From Candidatus Hermodarchaeota archaeon (lineage in GTDB: Archaea; Asgardarchaeota; Hermodarchaeia; Hermodarchaeales; Hermodarchaeaceae), in contig JAEOTO010000015.1 of NCBI GenBank assembly GCA_016839805.1, positions 32,001 to 96,000 on the forward strand: a DNA stretch of 64,000 nucleotides. The letters run 5' to 3'. Positions 47,854-59,000 of this stretch are shown here, piece by piece. Numbering within the stretch: position 1 is the stretch's first letter; the number at the start of each line of letters is the position of its first letter. Made by a program: the position numbers and the translations under genes. The notes beneath the pieces are model-generated. The model ran no database searches and was not told the origin of the DNA. It worked only from the letters and a program-made list of their open reading frames with translations.

Positions 47854-48321
47854 TTACCAGATTTCAATCGCTTTCACATAACAACCTTGTTCACAGACTC
47901 GACAATTCATCCGATCTGGAGGAAACCGTCGGCATTTTTCGAGATTAATAATTTTTGCAGTGCCATTTTCAACACGAAAAACCGTGTCTGTCGACCGAGC
48001 AGCTTTACCACTAGCTGTGTCAGGTTCCGCAGAGGCATCTACAGGACATACGACGACACAGTTCCCACAACCGGTACACATGGTATCATCAAGTTTAACT
48101 CCCGTTTCTTCAGCAGCCAGTAAGGGTGTTATTAATTCATTGATGGTGGCAAGCTGGGTAGCATATTGTGGGTTCTCATGAAGAGGTGGACAATCCTTGA
48201 GTTCGACCTCGCGAAGAGCTAGACGTGTCGCAAAAGCCATACAGGTCATTCCACATTGTTTGCAATTGGTTTGGGGAAGGAGTTTATACAATTGCATTGG
48301 ATTGAGCTTTTTGTCAACCAT
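47854..48321 (-). CDS. FeS-domain + FwdG-like ferredoxin fusion
   Basis: LYKLLPQTNCKQCG..CMAFA...CP (CdhE/RnfB-type FeS domain), then CTGCGNCVVVCPV and C..C..C...C. Confidence 0.8.
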   Translation of the reverse strand: MVDKKLNPMQLYKLLPQTNCKQCGMTCMAFATRLALREVELKDCPPLHENPQYATQLATINELITPLLAAEETGVKLDDTMCTGCGNCVVVCPVDASAEPDTASGKAARSTDTVFRVENGTAKIINLEKCRRFPPDRMNCRVCEQGCYVKAIEIW

Positions 48322-48488
48322 TCGATCACGACACAGTTCTTAAGTAATCTTGAACCTGTGTGTACCTTTATCTGTTCGGTAACGACTATATGATTTGTTG
48401 TAGTGTTTGCCTCAATAATTAAATCAGAAGATGGTAAGGTAAGAAGTGTTATAGCGTCTCATGTTGCATCGAAACATGGCATAGTCAT

Positions 48489-50951
48489 ATGGTGACATCC
48501 GTGTCAAAGTCCACAAAGCGAAAAAAGGCCAAACAAAAAACTTCGCGTAGGAAACCCCGGAAGCAATCTACACCTCAAGGGGCCCTATTCATTTGTCATT
48601 GTGGAAGCAATATTGAAAGTGTTATTGATATTGATCAACTGAAACAGTATTACAAGACGCGACCTAATCTCATTGTGGTGGATGATGCACACTTTTGTGT
48701 TGAACAGGGACTCAATTCGATTCGTGATACAATTCGAGACAATAAAGTTGACCATGTGGTTGTAGCGGCCTGTTCTCCTCATCTTCATGGAGAATTAATG
48801 AGTCAAACCGTAGAAGAGGCTGGATTGAATCGAGGGCACCTTGCTATTGCTAACATTCGTGAACAGTGTAGTTGGGTCCATTATGGTGACCCGGAAGCAG
48901 CGACCACGAAGGCTCGTTTGATGATTGATGCCGCTATGAAAATGGCTGAGCATAGTCTACCTCTCCATTCAATTGATATTCCTATAACAAAACGAGTCCT
49001 AGTGATTGGTGGAGGAGTTGCTGGTATTATCACCTCATTACAACTTGCCAATGCCGGCTATGAAGTAATTCTTGTTGAAAAAACGGGTTTCTTGGGAGGT
49101 CACATGGCTAAATGGGACAAGTTGTTCCCAAGTTTGGATTGCAGTTTATGCATTCTAGGACCCATAATGACTCAGGTTAACACCCATCCCAAAATCAAAA
49201 CATTAACCCTTAGTGAAATCACAGATGTCCAGGGAACTCCTGGTGCGTATGATGTCCAGATCCACCAAGAACCTCGTTATGTCGATTTAGAAACCTGTAA
49301 CGGCTGTAATAAATGTCTTGAAATTTGTCCGATAGAAGAACCCAACGAGTATAATTATGGCTTGGGATCTCGCCGAGCGATTATCCGACCCTTTCCAAAT
49401 TCAGTTCCGCTTGCTCCATACATCGATATGGACGCATGTGTCGGCTGTCAATCGTGTGTCGGTGTGTGCGAAAAGGAATCTATTCGATTCGAAGATATAG
49501 ATCGTGATTATACATTCAAAGTGGGTGCCATCGTAGTTGCAACAGGATTCCAACCATTTAACCCACAATCATTAGCTGAGTATGGGTATGAGAGATATAC
49601 TGATGTTATTACCGCACCAGAATTGGAACGATTAATGAATCCCACAGGGCCTACAAATGGGATTGTTGTTAATCCATCCACTGGTAAGCAACCGAATAAG
49701 GTCGCCTTCGTGCAATGTGTCGGGAGTCGCGATATTCGAATTGGTCGACCTTATTGTAGCCGAATCTGTTGTACTTACGCTGTCAAGGAAGCAGTGCAAC
49801 TGCGTTTAGCTCAACCAGAAACGGATGTATACATTTTCTATACCGATATGCGAACCTTTGGCAAAGGTTTCGAAGAACTATATGAACGAGCGGCACGAGA
49901 ACATGGTATCACATTCATTCGCGGTCGTGTAGCAGAAGTCGAAGAGGATCCTCAAACAAAGAAGCTCATTATACGTGCAGAGGATACCGAACTTTGTGAA
50001 CCTATTGAGCTACCAGTTGACATGGTAGTATTAAGCGTGGGAGTTGATCCTTCACCCACCAACGCGAAGCTCGCAACCATACTTAATATTCCCCTAGATG
50101 AAAATAACTTCTTTCTTGAGAAACATCCCAAACTCGACCCAACAGGAACCTATTCCACTGGCATTTTTCTTGCTGGAAATTCACAGGGTCCAAAGGATAT
50201 TGCAGATACAGTGGCTCATGCCGGATTAGCTGCAGCTCAGGTTTCCGCCTTACTTCATCGGCGTAAGCTTTCACTTGAAGTGATCGCCCCACTTTTGGTG
50301 GATGCAAATCTGTGTGAGGGATGTAGGCTGTGTGAAAAAACCTGTGATGCCAATGCCATCTCCTTTGAAAATTCTTCTCTTCCAGAAATTGATGAACTAG
50401 CATGTACTGGGTGTGGAGCATGTGTTGCAGCCTGTCCTACTGGTGCTCTAGACCTCCCAGGATATACGCGTCAACAATTGATGGCAGCGGTAAATGCGGC
50501 CTGTACTGACAACCCATTCCAACCCGTTATTATTGGCTTCCTCTGTAACTGGTGTGCTTATACAGCTGCAGATAGCGCGGGAGTGAATCGTTTGCGATAT
50601 CCTCCCCAACTCATTCCTATTCGAGTACCGTGCAGTAGTCGTTTAGATCCACTGCTGATTCTTGAGGCTTTTAGTCAAGGAGCTGATGGTGTAGCGATTT
50701 TGGGGTGTCATGACACTGATTGTCATTACAGGACTGGTGTTGCAAAAGCGAAAACGCGTATTGATAACCTGCTTCCTCTCCTTGGTGAGATGGGGATTAG
50801 TGTTGATCGGATTTTCTTTGGAAGCACCGCAGCGTCAGAAGCTGGACATCTTCAAGAACTCATCTCTGACTTTGTGAAATTTATTGCTGAGTTGGGTCCA
50901 CTAGGTGCCGAATTAACAGTGACGACAAAAACTCGTAAGCATAGAAGATGA
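48489..50951 (+). CDS. hdrA: Heterodisulfide reductase subunit A fused to MvhD
   Basis: ICHCG.NI, ACSP..H, NIREQCSWVH, GGG.AG, DCS.C and QCVGSR..YCSRICC motifs; ferredoxins; C-terminal FLCNWC.Y, RVPC and GCH..DCHY (MvhD). Confidence 0.93.
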   Translation: MVTSVSKSTKRKKAKQKTSRRKPRKQSTPQGALFICHCGSNIESVIDIDQLKQYYKTRPNLIVVDDAHFCVEQGLNSIRDTIRDNKVDHVVVAACSPHLHGELMSQTVEEAGLNRGHLAIANIREQCSWVHYGDPEAATTKARLMIDAAMKMAEHSLPLHSIDIPITKRVLVIGGGVAGIITSLQLANAGYEVILVEKTGFLGGHMAKWDKLFPSLDCSLCILGPIMTQVNTHPKIKTLTLSEITDVQGTPGAYDVQIHQEPRYVDLETCNGCNKCLEICPIEEPNEYNYGLGSRRAIIRPFPNSVPLAPYIDMDACVGCQSCVGVCEKESIRFEDIDRDYTFKVGAIVVATGFQPFNPQSLAEYGYERYTDVITAPELERLMNPTGPTNGIVVNPSTGKQPNKVAFVQCVGSRDIRIGRPYCSRICCTYAVKEAVQLRLAQPETDVYIFYTDMRTFGKGFEELYERAAREHGITFIRGRVAEVEEDPQTKKLIIRAEDTELCEPIELPVDMVVLSVGVDPSPTNAKLATILNIPLDENNFFLEKHPKLDPTGTYSTGIFLAGNSQGPKDIADTVAHAGLAAAQVSALLHRRKLSLEVIAPLLVDANLCEGCRLCEKTCDANAISFENSSLPEIDELACTGCGACVAACPTGALDLPGYTRQQLMAAVNAACTDNPFQPVIIGFLCNWCAYTAADSAGVNRLRYPPQLIPIRVPCSSRLDPLLILEAFSQGADGVAILGCHDTDCHYRTGVAKAKTRIDNLLPLLGEMGISVDRIFFGSTAASEAGHLQELISDFVKFIAELGPLGAELTVTTKTRKHRR

Positions 50952-51065
50952 AGGCTTATAGTTGGTTTCGCTCTCCTATTAGACCAAGTCTAGGATGGCA
51001 ACAACCATTAAAGGTGTTAATTTGTAAGGCTAGAATAAGAACCTCTATTTGAAGAGATGCTCTAG

Positions 51066-52550
51066 ATGACCAAAGCGCAAAGGGACCGCATCATTGTTGG
51101 TGAACGCCCCAAAGTAACCAGTGAGGTTCTTGACGATACTAATATCCGCTATAATTGGAAAACCTCAATTCTTTATAAAAATCTGAAATATGACTTATCC
51201 CGTTGTGTTGGGTGCAGTCTCTGTCTTCCTTGTCCCTGGGATGCTATTACTTTAGGACCCGTTCAGGAAATTGCAGCAGGACGCCTTGAGGGCGCTCCCT
51301 TGATTTTGATTGATGAGGATAAATGTACTTTCTGTGGGTTATGTGATTCAGCCTGTCTTTTCAATGCCATAGAAGCTCGATTTGATGATATACCCGCAGA
51401 TGCCCAATATTCTCGTTTAAAGGGAAAACATGAACTTGACGAGGACAAATGTGCCCCCTGTCTGCTTTGCGCGAAAATCTGTCCAAGGGATGCAATATCC
51501 GTTGATCTGAAGGTTACACCTAAAACCGAACTCGTTCAATACAAGAATCCCAAAGCGGCCCAACGTGTAGCCGATGGTGTCCCTGATGCAAAAGGCTCAA
51601 TAAAAATTGACGAGGACAAATGTACCTGGTGTGGACTATGCGAACTACTTTGCCCGGAATGTATCACTATCTACTGGCTTGAAGAGAAGCCCAAACCTCC
51701 TGATTTTACTGCAGCTGTTGGCATCAGGGTAGACACCAAATATTGTGACTATTGTGGTCTATGCGAAAAGATCTGTCCCTCTGATGCTGTTCATGTTGAA
51801 TGTGAGAGTTCACCACACCGTACCATTAAAGATCCAGAAGTCGATGGCACCATGACCATTGATGACGGATTGTGCGTGGATTGTACGCTTTGCGCTGATA
51901 AATGCCCTTATGAAGCCCTTGATGTCACTCTCCCCTTAACTGGAGCTATTGAGATTCAAAACCTCGAAAAATGTGATCCCACAGGCTGTGTTAATTGCTT
52001 CAATATCTGTCCAACAAAAGCTATCTATGCCACAGGAGATAAGGACAAAATCGCAATAAATGAAGAGATCTGTGTTTTTTGTGGGGCATGCGAAAATGCA
52101 TGTCCCGAACAGGTTCTGAAGGTGACACGTGACAGTTATCAATTGTCTCAACTTGAGAAAGCTCGGGACTGGGAACGCGCTCGCGCACACAGATTCTATG
52201 ACCACTTAATCGGACGTGATATTCCACCCAACGATATCTACGAGCGAATCATTAAGGTCCCCCCAGTAAAACATCCACCTGGGGTACAGACCAAAACGGA
52301 AAAGTGGTCTACAGATACAGCAAGCCGCCATTTAGCCCAAGACCGAATTCAAAAACTACAACAAATCATCCGAAAGAATTGGCGGCTTCGACTACTCTTT
52401 GAAAGAGGTCGCATTGATCCGCTCTGTACTGCGGTCCAAAAAGAGGTTAATAACAAAAAAATATCTAAAAGTAAAAGCAACACAGCGCCTGTAAAACACA
52501 AGGACCCAGCAAAAAAATATAGTAAAAAAACTAGACCCAAAACCCGATGA
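51066..52550 (+). CDS. fwdF: Polyferredoxin, FwdF-like
   Basis: About 8 CxxCxxCxxxCP motifs including CDP.GC..C.NICP; basic C-terminal tail. Confidence 0.8.
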   Translation: MTKAQRDRIIVGERPKVTSEVLDDTNIRYNWKTSILYKNLKYDLSRCVGCSLCLPCPWDAITLGPVQEIAAGRLEGAPLILIDEDKCTFCGLCDSACLFNAIEARFDDIPADAQYSRLKGKHELDEDKCAPCLLCAKICPRDAISVDLKVTPKTELVQYKNPKAAQRVADGVPDAKGSIKIDEDKCTWCGLCELLCPECITIYWLEEKPKPPDFTAAVGIRVDTKYCDYCGLCEKICPSDAVHVECESSPHRTIKDPEVDGTMTIDDGLCVDCTLCADKCPYEALDVTLPLTGAIEIQNLEKCDPTGCVNCFNICPTKAIYATGDKDKIAINEEICVFCGACENACPEQVLKVTRDSYQLSQLEKARDWERARAHRFYDHLIGRDIPPNDIYERIIKVPPVKHPPGVQTKTEKWSTDTASRHLAQDRIQKLQQIIRKNWRLRLLFERGRIDPLCTAVQKEVNNKKISKSKSNTAPVKHKDPAKKYSKKTRPKTR

Positions 52551-52552
52551 TC

Positions 52553-52930
52553 TTAGGGTAATTCCTTGATTTTGGTAAGGGGTCCCTTACTGGGTTTAAT
52601 AATGACCGTTGTGCCCTGGCTAGGGATCATGGATTCAATGACCGCGTATGCCCAAGGACTGGGTTGCATAACCACAATGCTTTCCGGTTGTTCTTCTTTC
52701 AATTTCGCTGCCACAACCACAGAACCAATTTTCGAACCCACCTCGACAAAATCGCCTTCTTTTATATCCAATCGCTGTGCATCACGAGTCGAGAGAGTAA
52801 TTTGGGCTGCGACCTTCTCGTATTCTTTGGATATTGTTCCTTGACTTATCTGAACCACATCGACATCCAGTGCCCGGGCTAGAACTAATTGCGCTTCTAT
52901 CTGTGGGTAAAGGAAATCACGCAGTGCCAA
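52553..52930 (-). CDS. FwdD-like molybdopterin-dinucleotide-binding-fold protein (divergent)
   Basis: EY...AA......D..RL.I.EGD.V.V.S..G.VVV and P.PWA motifs; lacks TGRT..QG and the T.STG.P..K loop. Confidence 0.72.
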   Translation of the reverse strand: MALRDFLYPQIEAQLVLARALDVDVVQISQGTISKEYEKVAAQITLSTRDAQRLDIKEGDFVEVGSKIGSVVVAAKLKEEQPESIVVMQPSPWAYAVIESMIPSQGTTVIIKPSKGPLTKIKELP

Positions 52931-53064
52931 GATTATTCACCAATACTACCTTATACAAACAAGACCCCTTTTTTCCTCTTTTCATAATTCAACAGAAAGC
53001 ATAATAGGCTCAAACCATCAGCGGAAGCACGGGAAATTCACGCAGTTAACTCTGGAGAAGAATA

Positions 53065-53745
53065 ATGGTGGCCTATTCTAGTGTAACTCGTCCATTACAA
53101 CCCTTTATGACATACACGCTGATTCTGTTAAACACCACCATTTTCATTCTGCAAACCATGTATTTCCCACTCACTTACCTCTTTGCCATGTACCCCATCC
53201 AAATAGTAACAGGGCAGAACCTCCATACCCTCATTACAAGCACCTTCTTGCACGCCGACTTCTTCCACCTGCTCATTAACATGTATTTTCTCTACATCTT
53301 TGGAAGCGTTGTCGAACGCGAAATGCACCCCTTAACCTACCTCCTCCTCTACACCCTCGCTGGAATAATCGGTGGACTTGGTCATATTCTCATCGTTTTT
53401 ACTATTAGTCTGCCCCTCGACCCATTAGGACCCCTTATCCCCACCATTGGCGCATCAGGTGCCATCTTTGGAATAATGGCTGCATACGCCTATCTCCTTC
53501 CTCGACGGCCTGTCGGAGTATATGGTGCCACACGCACAATGGGCGCATGGAATCTCATCATCTTCTATTTCATCATCGAAGTTATGTCAATTTTCATCTC
53601 AATTGGCAGTGGTGTTGCCCATGGTGCTCATGTTTTTGGCTTTGTCGGGGGTTACCTTTTTGCCCTCTTGTATCGAAACATTCGTTTACAAATGAATCGA
53701 CGAAAACCCGGTGCAGAATACGATCCCTATGAGTACTATGTATGA
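53065..53745 (+). CDS. Rhomboid intramembrane serine protease
   Basis: FLHA...HL..NM, GASGA and AH..H..G motifs. Confidence 0.92.
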   Translation: MVAYSSVTRPLQPFMTYTLILLNTTIFILQTMYFPLTYLFAMYPIQIVTGQNLHTLITSTFLHADFFHLLINMYFLYIFGSVVEREMHPLTYLLLYTLAGIIGGLGHILIVFTISLPLDPLGPLIPTIGASGAIFGIMAAYAYLLPRRPVGVYGATRTMGAWNLIIFYFIIEVMSIFISIGSGVAHGAHVFGFVGGYLFALLYRNIRLQMNRRKPGAEYDPYEYYV

Positions 53746-53753
53746 GGTCGTAG

Positions 53754-54443
53754 GTGGACGTAATGGCAAAGCATGATACGGTTGCAGTTATTCCGATACG
53801 GTTTGTACCATCACCAAAGCACCGGCTTGCTGAAATTTTTGATGAGCGTTCTCGTCAGCAATTAACTGAAGCAATGCTTGAAGATGTATTGACTGCAATT
53901 AAGACCTCTACGGGAATAACGAAGGTCGTTATTGTTACAAATAATGAGAACATACAATTGATTTCAAATCTTGAAGGCTTTGATGTTATTAAGACCCGAA
54001 TTTCGGATCTAAATACTGAATTATTAGACGCAGCTAGTTCATTATCAAAAGCGGGTTGGAAATGGGTAATCATCGTTTTAGCTGATCTTCCACTTGTTAA
54101 GGGTGAAATCCTTGATCAAATCATTCTTCATGGTCAAAAGAAAGAAAAATCGATTATCGCTCAGGATTGGCGAGGGACTGGAACGAATATTCTTTTTACA
54201 AAACTCCCCTTTCAGTTTCACATCCATTTTGGTCACCAAAGCTTTAAGGCTCATATAGCAGAGTTCGAAAAGAACAATCACCAGTGGCTGAGTTTTCATT
54301 CCCTAGAATCCGCATTGGATATTGATGACCTTGAGGCTATCCAAAAATTCATGTTTCTAGCACAAAAAAAACCTGCAATCCAAGCTACTAATACGTATCA
54401 AATACTTCTCACTCTTCACTCAAAGGTTAACAAGAAAGAGTAG
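53754..54443 (+). CDS. cofC: 2-phospho-L-lactate/PEP guanylyltransferase (F420 biosynthesis)
   Basis: IP......K.RL, AML.DV, ADLP, GTN, FG..SF..H and DID motifs. Confidence 0.8.
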   Translation: MDVMAKHDTVAVIPIRFVPSPKHRLAEIFDERSRQQLTEAMLEDVLTAIKTSTGITKVVIVTNNENIQLISNLEGFDVIKTRISDLNTELLDAASSLSKAGWKWVIIVLADLPLVKGEILDQIILHGQKKEKSIIAQDWRGTGTNILFTKLPFQFHIHFGHQSFKAHIAEFEKNNHQWLSFHSLESALDIDDLEAIQKFMFLAQKKPAIQATNTYQILLTLHSKVNKKE

Positions 54444-54458
54444 AAAAGGTGAAGGGTC

Positions 54459-55814
54459 CTAGTCTTTCTTTGTTTTTTCCTCTTCTTCATTGGTAGCCTC
54501 AAGGGTTGGGTCAAGGTCAATGAAGAACAGAATAATCACTGCGATGATTACTGTTGGAGTATAGATGGGGCCAAACCAGAAATATGAAAGGATTTCTGAG
54601 CCAACTAGCATGAATGAGAGCCAAGCAATGTAGCCAAGAAGGAACGCAGAAAACGCTTGAAAGACATTTAGTGGAACGCCCATGAATCCGTCGTAAATCC
54701 CAGCGCGGGCTTCGCCGGTTTCGATTTCATCTTTATGTGCGATGTCAGCTGGTACCACGTATTTCATGATATAATAGCAAGCCATGCAGGAAAACAATGG
54801 TACACCGTAAATCATTATTTTCACAATGCTTGGTATTGGAAAATAGGGGATGATGAGTGTGAAAGGAAGTAGGATTGCGAGGAGGATCATGGCGACAATG
54901 AGAGTATTGCGTTTCCCTATGCGTTTCATAAGTAAAGGCCAGATAAAGAGAAATATAAGAATGGTAAGAATCGCAGCTACTCCCATGATAATCAGTTCTT
55001 CAATACTACTATATCCAATGACATTTTCAAGAAATCCGACGATCTGATTCGTCATAGCCGCAAACGTAAAGGAGAGAAATCCGACAGCCAGAATCCAACC
55101 GACGTAGGTTCGGTTCCTCAAAATCACAGACATTTCTCGTTTGAGATTGCGTTCAGGCGGTTTAAGACCTGGTCGTTCTTTGACGAAGACTATAGTAGGG
55201 ATATAGAAGATGACTTCAATAAGGGCAATTGAAAAAACAATGGTAAGCATTAGAGATGTGGGTGCTCCTGCAATGAAGAGGAGGGGAGTCGATGCTAGTA
55301 GGCCAATGAAGGCTCCAGAGCCATCTGCAATCCAATTGGATACATTCTGAATACTTGAGACGTTAGCTCGTTCTGGTCCCTCTGTAATTTCAGGCATCAT
55401 GGCTTGATATGGGGTTAAAAGAATGCCATAGGCGAATCGGAATAAACACAAAAATAGTAGATAGTATCCGAAAAGGGCGTATTGAATCATTGGGTCAGGT
55501 GATCCAATTGGGAAAAAGAAATGGGGAATAAAAAGGAATATTGCACCAATTGCCAGTAATGGCGCTCCTATCATTATGAAAGGTTTTCGTCGACCAAATC
55601 GAGTATGGATTGAGTCGCTATAGAATCCAACTAGCCAGTGCGATAAACCAATTACAATATATGAAATTCCTAGACTAATACCGTTAAGTCGCCAATCCAG
55701 TGCAAAAACAGTTCCGTATACATAGAACGCTGTTAATGAGATCAATGTTAGAAGAAAGGAAGACCCGAACCGGGCCATACCATATGCGACCCGTTTTGAA
55801 TATGGAAGCACCAC
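54459..55814 (-). CDS. MFS transporter, GPH/MelB-like
   Basis: SD..HTRFGRRKPFI, PY.AM.PE and D.I.TG..R.G.Y motifs; about 12 TM. Confidence 0.88.
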   Translation of the reverse strand: MVLPYSKRVAYGMARFGSSFLLTLISLTAFYVYGTVFALDWRLNGISLGISYIVIGLSHWLVGFYSDSIHTRFGRRKPFIMIGAPLLAIGAIFLFIPHFFFPIGSPDPMIQYALFGYYLLFLCLFRFAYGILLTPYQAMMPEITEGPERANVSSIQNVSNWIADGSGAFIGLLASTPLLFIAGAPTSLMLTIVFSIALIEVIFYIPTIVFVKERPGLKPPERNLKREMSVILRNRTYVGWILAVGFLSFTFAAMTNQIVGFLENVIGYSSIEELIIMGVAAILTILIFLFIWPLLMKRIGKRNTLIVAMILLAILLPFTLIIPYFPIPSIVKIMIYGVPLFSCMACYYIMKYVVPADIAHKDEIETGEARAGIYDGFMGVPLNVFQAFSAFLLGYIAWLSFMLVGSEILSYFWFGPIYTPTVIIAVIILFFIDLDPTLEATNEEEEKTKKD

Positions 55815-56061
55815 AGAGGCTCACCAACCGATGGGGAATCAACACTACTTTCAGAGGTGGGCTTTAAGTTGGTATGCTTGTCTAAAATCTACTAGAAAAA
55901 ACACCATTATTCTTGTTATTGAATTTTGAGTAGTTTGAATAAAAAAATTGGCTGAAAAATCAATACGTTTATTAGGTGCCTAACTGGTCGTGGAAGCAGT
56001 TAGAGCTGATGAGCTATAGCTACAAATAGAAATACTCCTACTTAGATTGAGGCTAATTTCA

Positions 56062-59000
56062 ATGTCAAATAAATGGGTGTACTTGTTTAGCGAAGGTAAC
56101 AAGGACATGCGTGACCTACTCGGTGGCAAAGGAGCGAACCTAGCAGAAATGACGAACGCTGGGTTACCTGTTCCACCAGGATTTACAATCACCACCGAGG
56201 CGTGTAATGCGTATTTTGCTAATGATAAACAGTTTCCTGAAGGTATGTGGGACCAAGTCCTTACAGCCATAAAAACTCTTGAAAAACAAACAGGAAAACG
56301 CCTTGGAGATCCAGCAAATCCGCTTCTCGTCTCAGCCCGCTCTGGAGCTCGAGTATCCATGCCGGGCATGATGGATACAGTGCTTAACATTGGGTTTAAT
56401 CAAAAGGTATTAGACGGCTTTGCTAAACTCACAGGGAATATTCGAGTCGCCTGGGATGCGTACAGGCGTCTAATTCAGATGTTTGGTAATATTGTAAAAG
56501 AAATTTCTCGTCATAAGTTCGAAGCCATTCTCGATGAATACAAGGCAAAAACTGAAGGTGGTCGGGACACCGATTTATCCGTTGCAATGCTCAAAGAACT
56601 TGTGCGTGATTTCAAGGCGCTTTATCATACTGAACTGGGTGAAAAATTCCCTGATGAACCCCTAGAACAAATCCGGCAAGCTATCGCTGCCGTATTCAAT
56701 TCCTGGTTTGGGGCACCAGCAACCTCTTATCGGAATGCTGAAGGAATCCCCCATGATTGGGGAACTGCAGTCAACATTCAAACCATGGTCTTTGGCAACA
56801 TGGGAGAACGAAGTGGAACTGGCGTCACTTTCACCCGCAATCCGGCAAGTGGTGAAAAGGAAGTATGGGGTGAATATCTCCTAAATGCTCAAGGCGAAGA
56901 TGTCGTTGCAGGGATTCGCACACCTCAACCCATCTCCCACCTCAAAGAGGATCTACCCAAAATATGGGACGAATTCATAAAAATCTCCGACCGCCTTGAA
57001 CAGCATTACCGTGATATGCAGGATCTAGAGTTCACTATTGAACGCGATAAGTTGTATATGCTCCAAACGCGCACTGGCAAGCGAACAGCTATAGCAGCGG
57101 TAAAAATTGCGGTCGATATGGTTCAAGAGGGACTTATCGAAAAGAATGAGGCGATTCTTCGAGTTAATCCCAGTCAAATTGATCAATTTCTCCACCCACG
57201 CTTCGATCCCGAAGCCGTTGAAGAAGCGAAAAATTCTGGACACTTAATTGCCCAAGGACTCAATGCTTCACCTGGTGCTGCGACGGGCATCGCAATTTTT
57301 GATGCAGATACAGCTGCTGAACGTGGACAAACCGGAGAAAAACTCATTCTTGTCCGACCAGAAACCAACCCTGATGATGTCCATGGAATGATCGAAGCCC
57401 AAGGAATACTCACTCAACGAGGAGGAATGACTTGTGTTGCGGGTGAAAGTAAAGTCTTAACAGATCAAGGTTTCATGACAGCAGAGGAGGCATTTCTTTG
57501 GTTGGCCGCTGGTAATCAATTACAAATTCTTGCATTCGATCACCAATCTCGCCGAACGATCTGGCGTAAGGTGATTGCGGCTGGTCAACGAATAGCCGAT
57601 GTTTGTACTATCTCAGTTTCACAAACTGGACGTGCTAAAAAGAACATCCTCCGTTTAACCCCTAATCATAAAATGTTCACGATTCAAAATCGTCAATTTC
57701 AGAAGAAAACACTAGAGGCTTGTCTTGAGGATAAAAATTTCTTATGTGTTATTGAAAATATACCTGCACTAACTGAATCTTTAGTGAATGAATCAACATT
57801 AGCTTATACGGCAGGTGCAATTTTTACAGATGGTTATGTCAATCTTAAACCTACGAAGGGCAGTGTCACTTTTACTCAAAAAAGAACACCTGAAAAACAA
57901 CCATTCATAGAAGCGGTTCGTTCGAAATTTAATGAAACCTTTGGATATTCTTTCACTTATCACCGAAATCGCCAGAGCGATGCAATTCTCGAAGGACGTA
58001 AAATTGAGGGAGAAGTGCAAGACCTAATATGCTTCCATCAAGAACCAGCTCAAATTCTATCGAATACTTGGAATAATTTAGTGCCTTGGATGTTAACATT
58101 AGATAAGGAGTCATTATACTCTTTCCTAGCAGGAGTAATTGATGGAGATGGAACATTTAATGAAAAATCCAGCCGTGTCAACATCTTCATAGGCAAGGAA
58201 GAACTTCTACAAGGAGTTATTATTGCTTGCCTTCGTATTGGAATTCTACCTCAAATAACAAATAACCGCAGCATTTTCAACATACAACTCCCAGTTGAAT
58301 ATTCTCCCATCTTTGAATATACCAAGCGAGTATTTGGAGCAGAAGAGAATCGCTTATACTCACATCGGCTTTTTTCTACACGATCACTTTTCACAGACAT
58401 AATTGACAAAGTCAATTACAAAGGACGGGTTAAGGAGGCAATTAAACGGAATCTTATGTTTGGAGCAGATAAAATTGAACGTGATCTTCTCAGCCTTTGT
58501 GAACCACAAATTCAACAGGAACTTCAAGTAATCTTGGATTCTGATGTTCGGATGTACAGGATAAGCAAAGTGGATGAAACTGAAAAAACGGAAGTCTATA
58601 ATTTTGAGGTCAATGCCACGAATGATTTAGATAAAAATTTCGTTGTGTTTTCGAGTCAATATACTCCTATACTTGTAAGTAACTCTCACGCTGCCGTTGT
58701 TGCACGTGGTTGGGGCAAGGCTTGTGTTGCTGGATGTGAAACCATTTCCATTGACATGGATGCCCGAGCATTTCGCGTTGGGGACATTGTGATTCGTGAA
58801 GGTGATCCTATCTCCATTGATGGAACAACGGGCTCGGTCTTCAAGGGGGAAATTGGAACCATTGATGCCAGTTTTGATGAAGAAAGCGAGTTGGTTACAC
58901 TTCTTTCTTGGGCTGATGATATTCGAAAATTAGGGGTATGGACGAATGCGGATAATCCCAAAGATGCAAGTCGAGCTCGTAGCTTCGGCGCTGAAGGCAT

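Noticed and set aside
46533-50951. Selenocysteine recoding or SECIS elements in HdrA, MvhD or FwdB
   Set aside because: The ORFs are open with Cys (or Glu) at the usual Sec positions. No in-frame TGA and no convincing AUGA/GA SECIS stem downstream.
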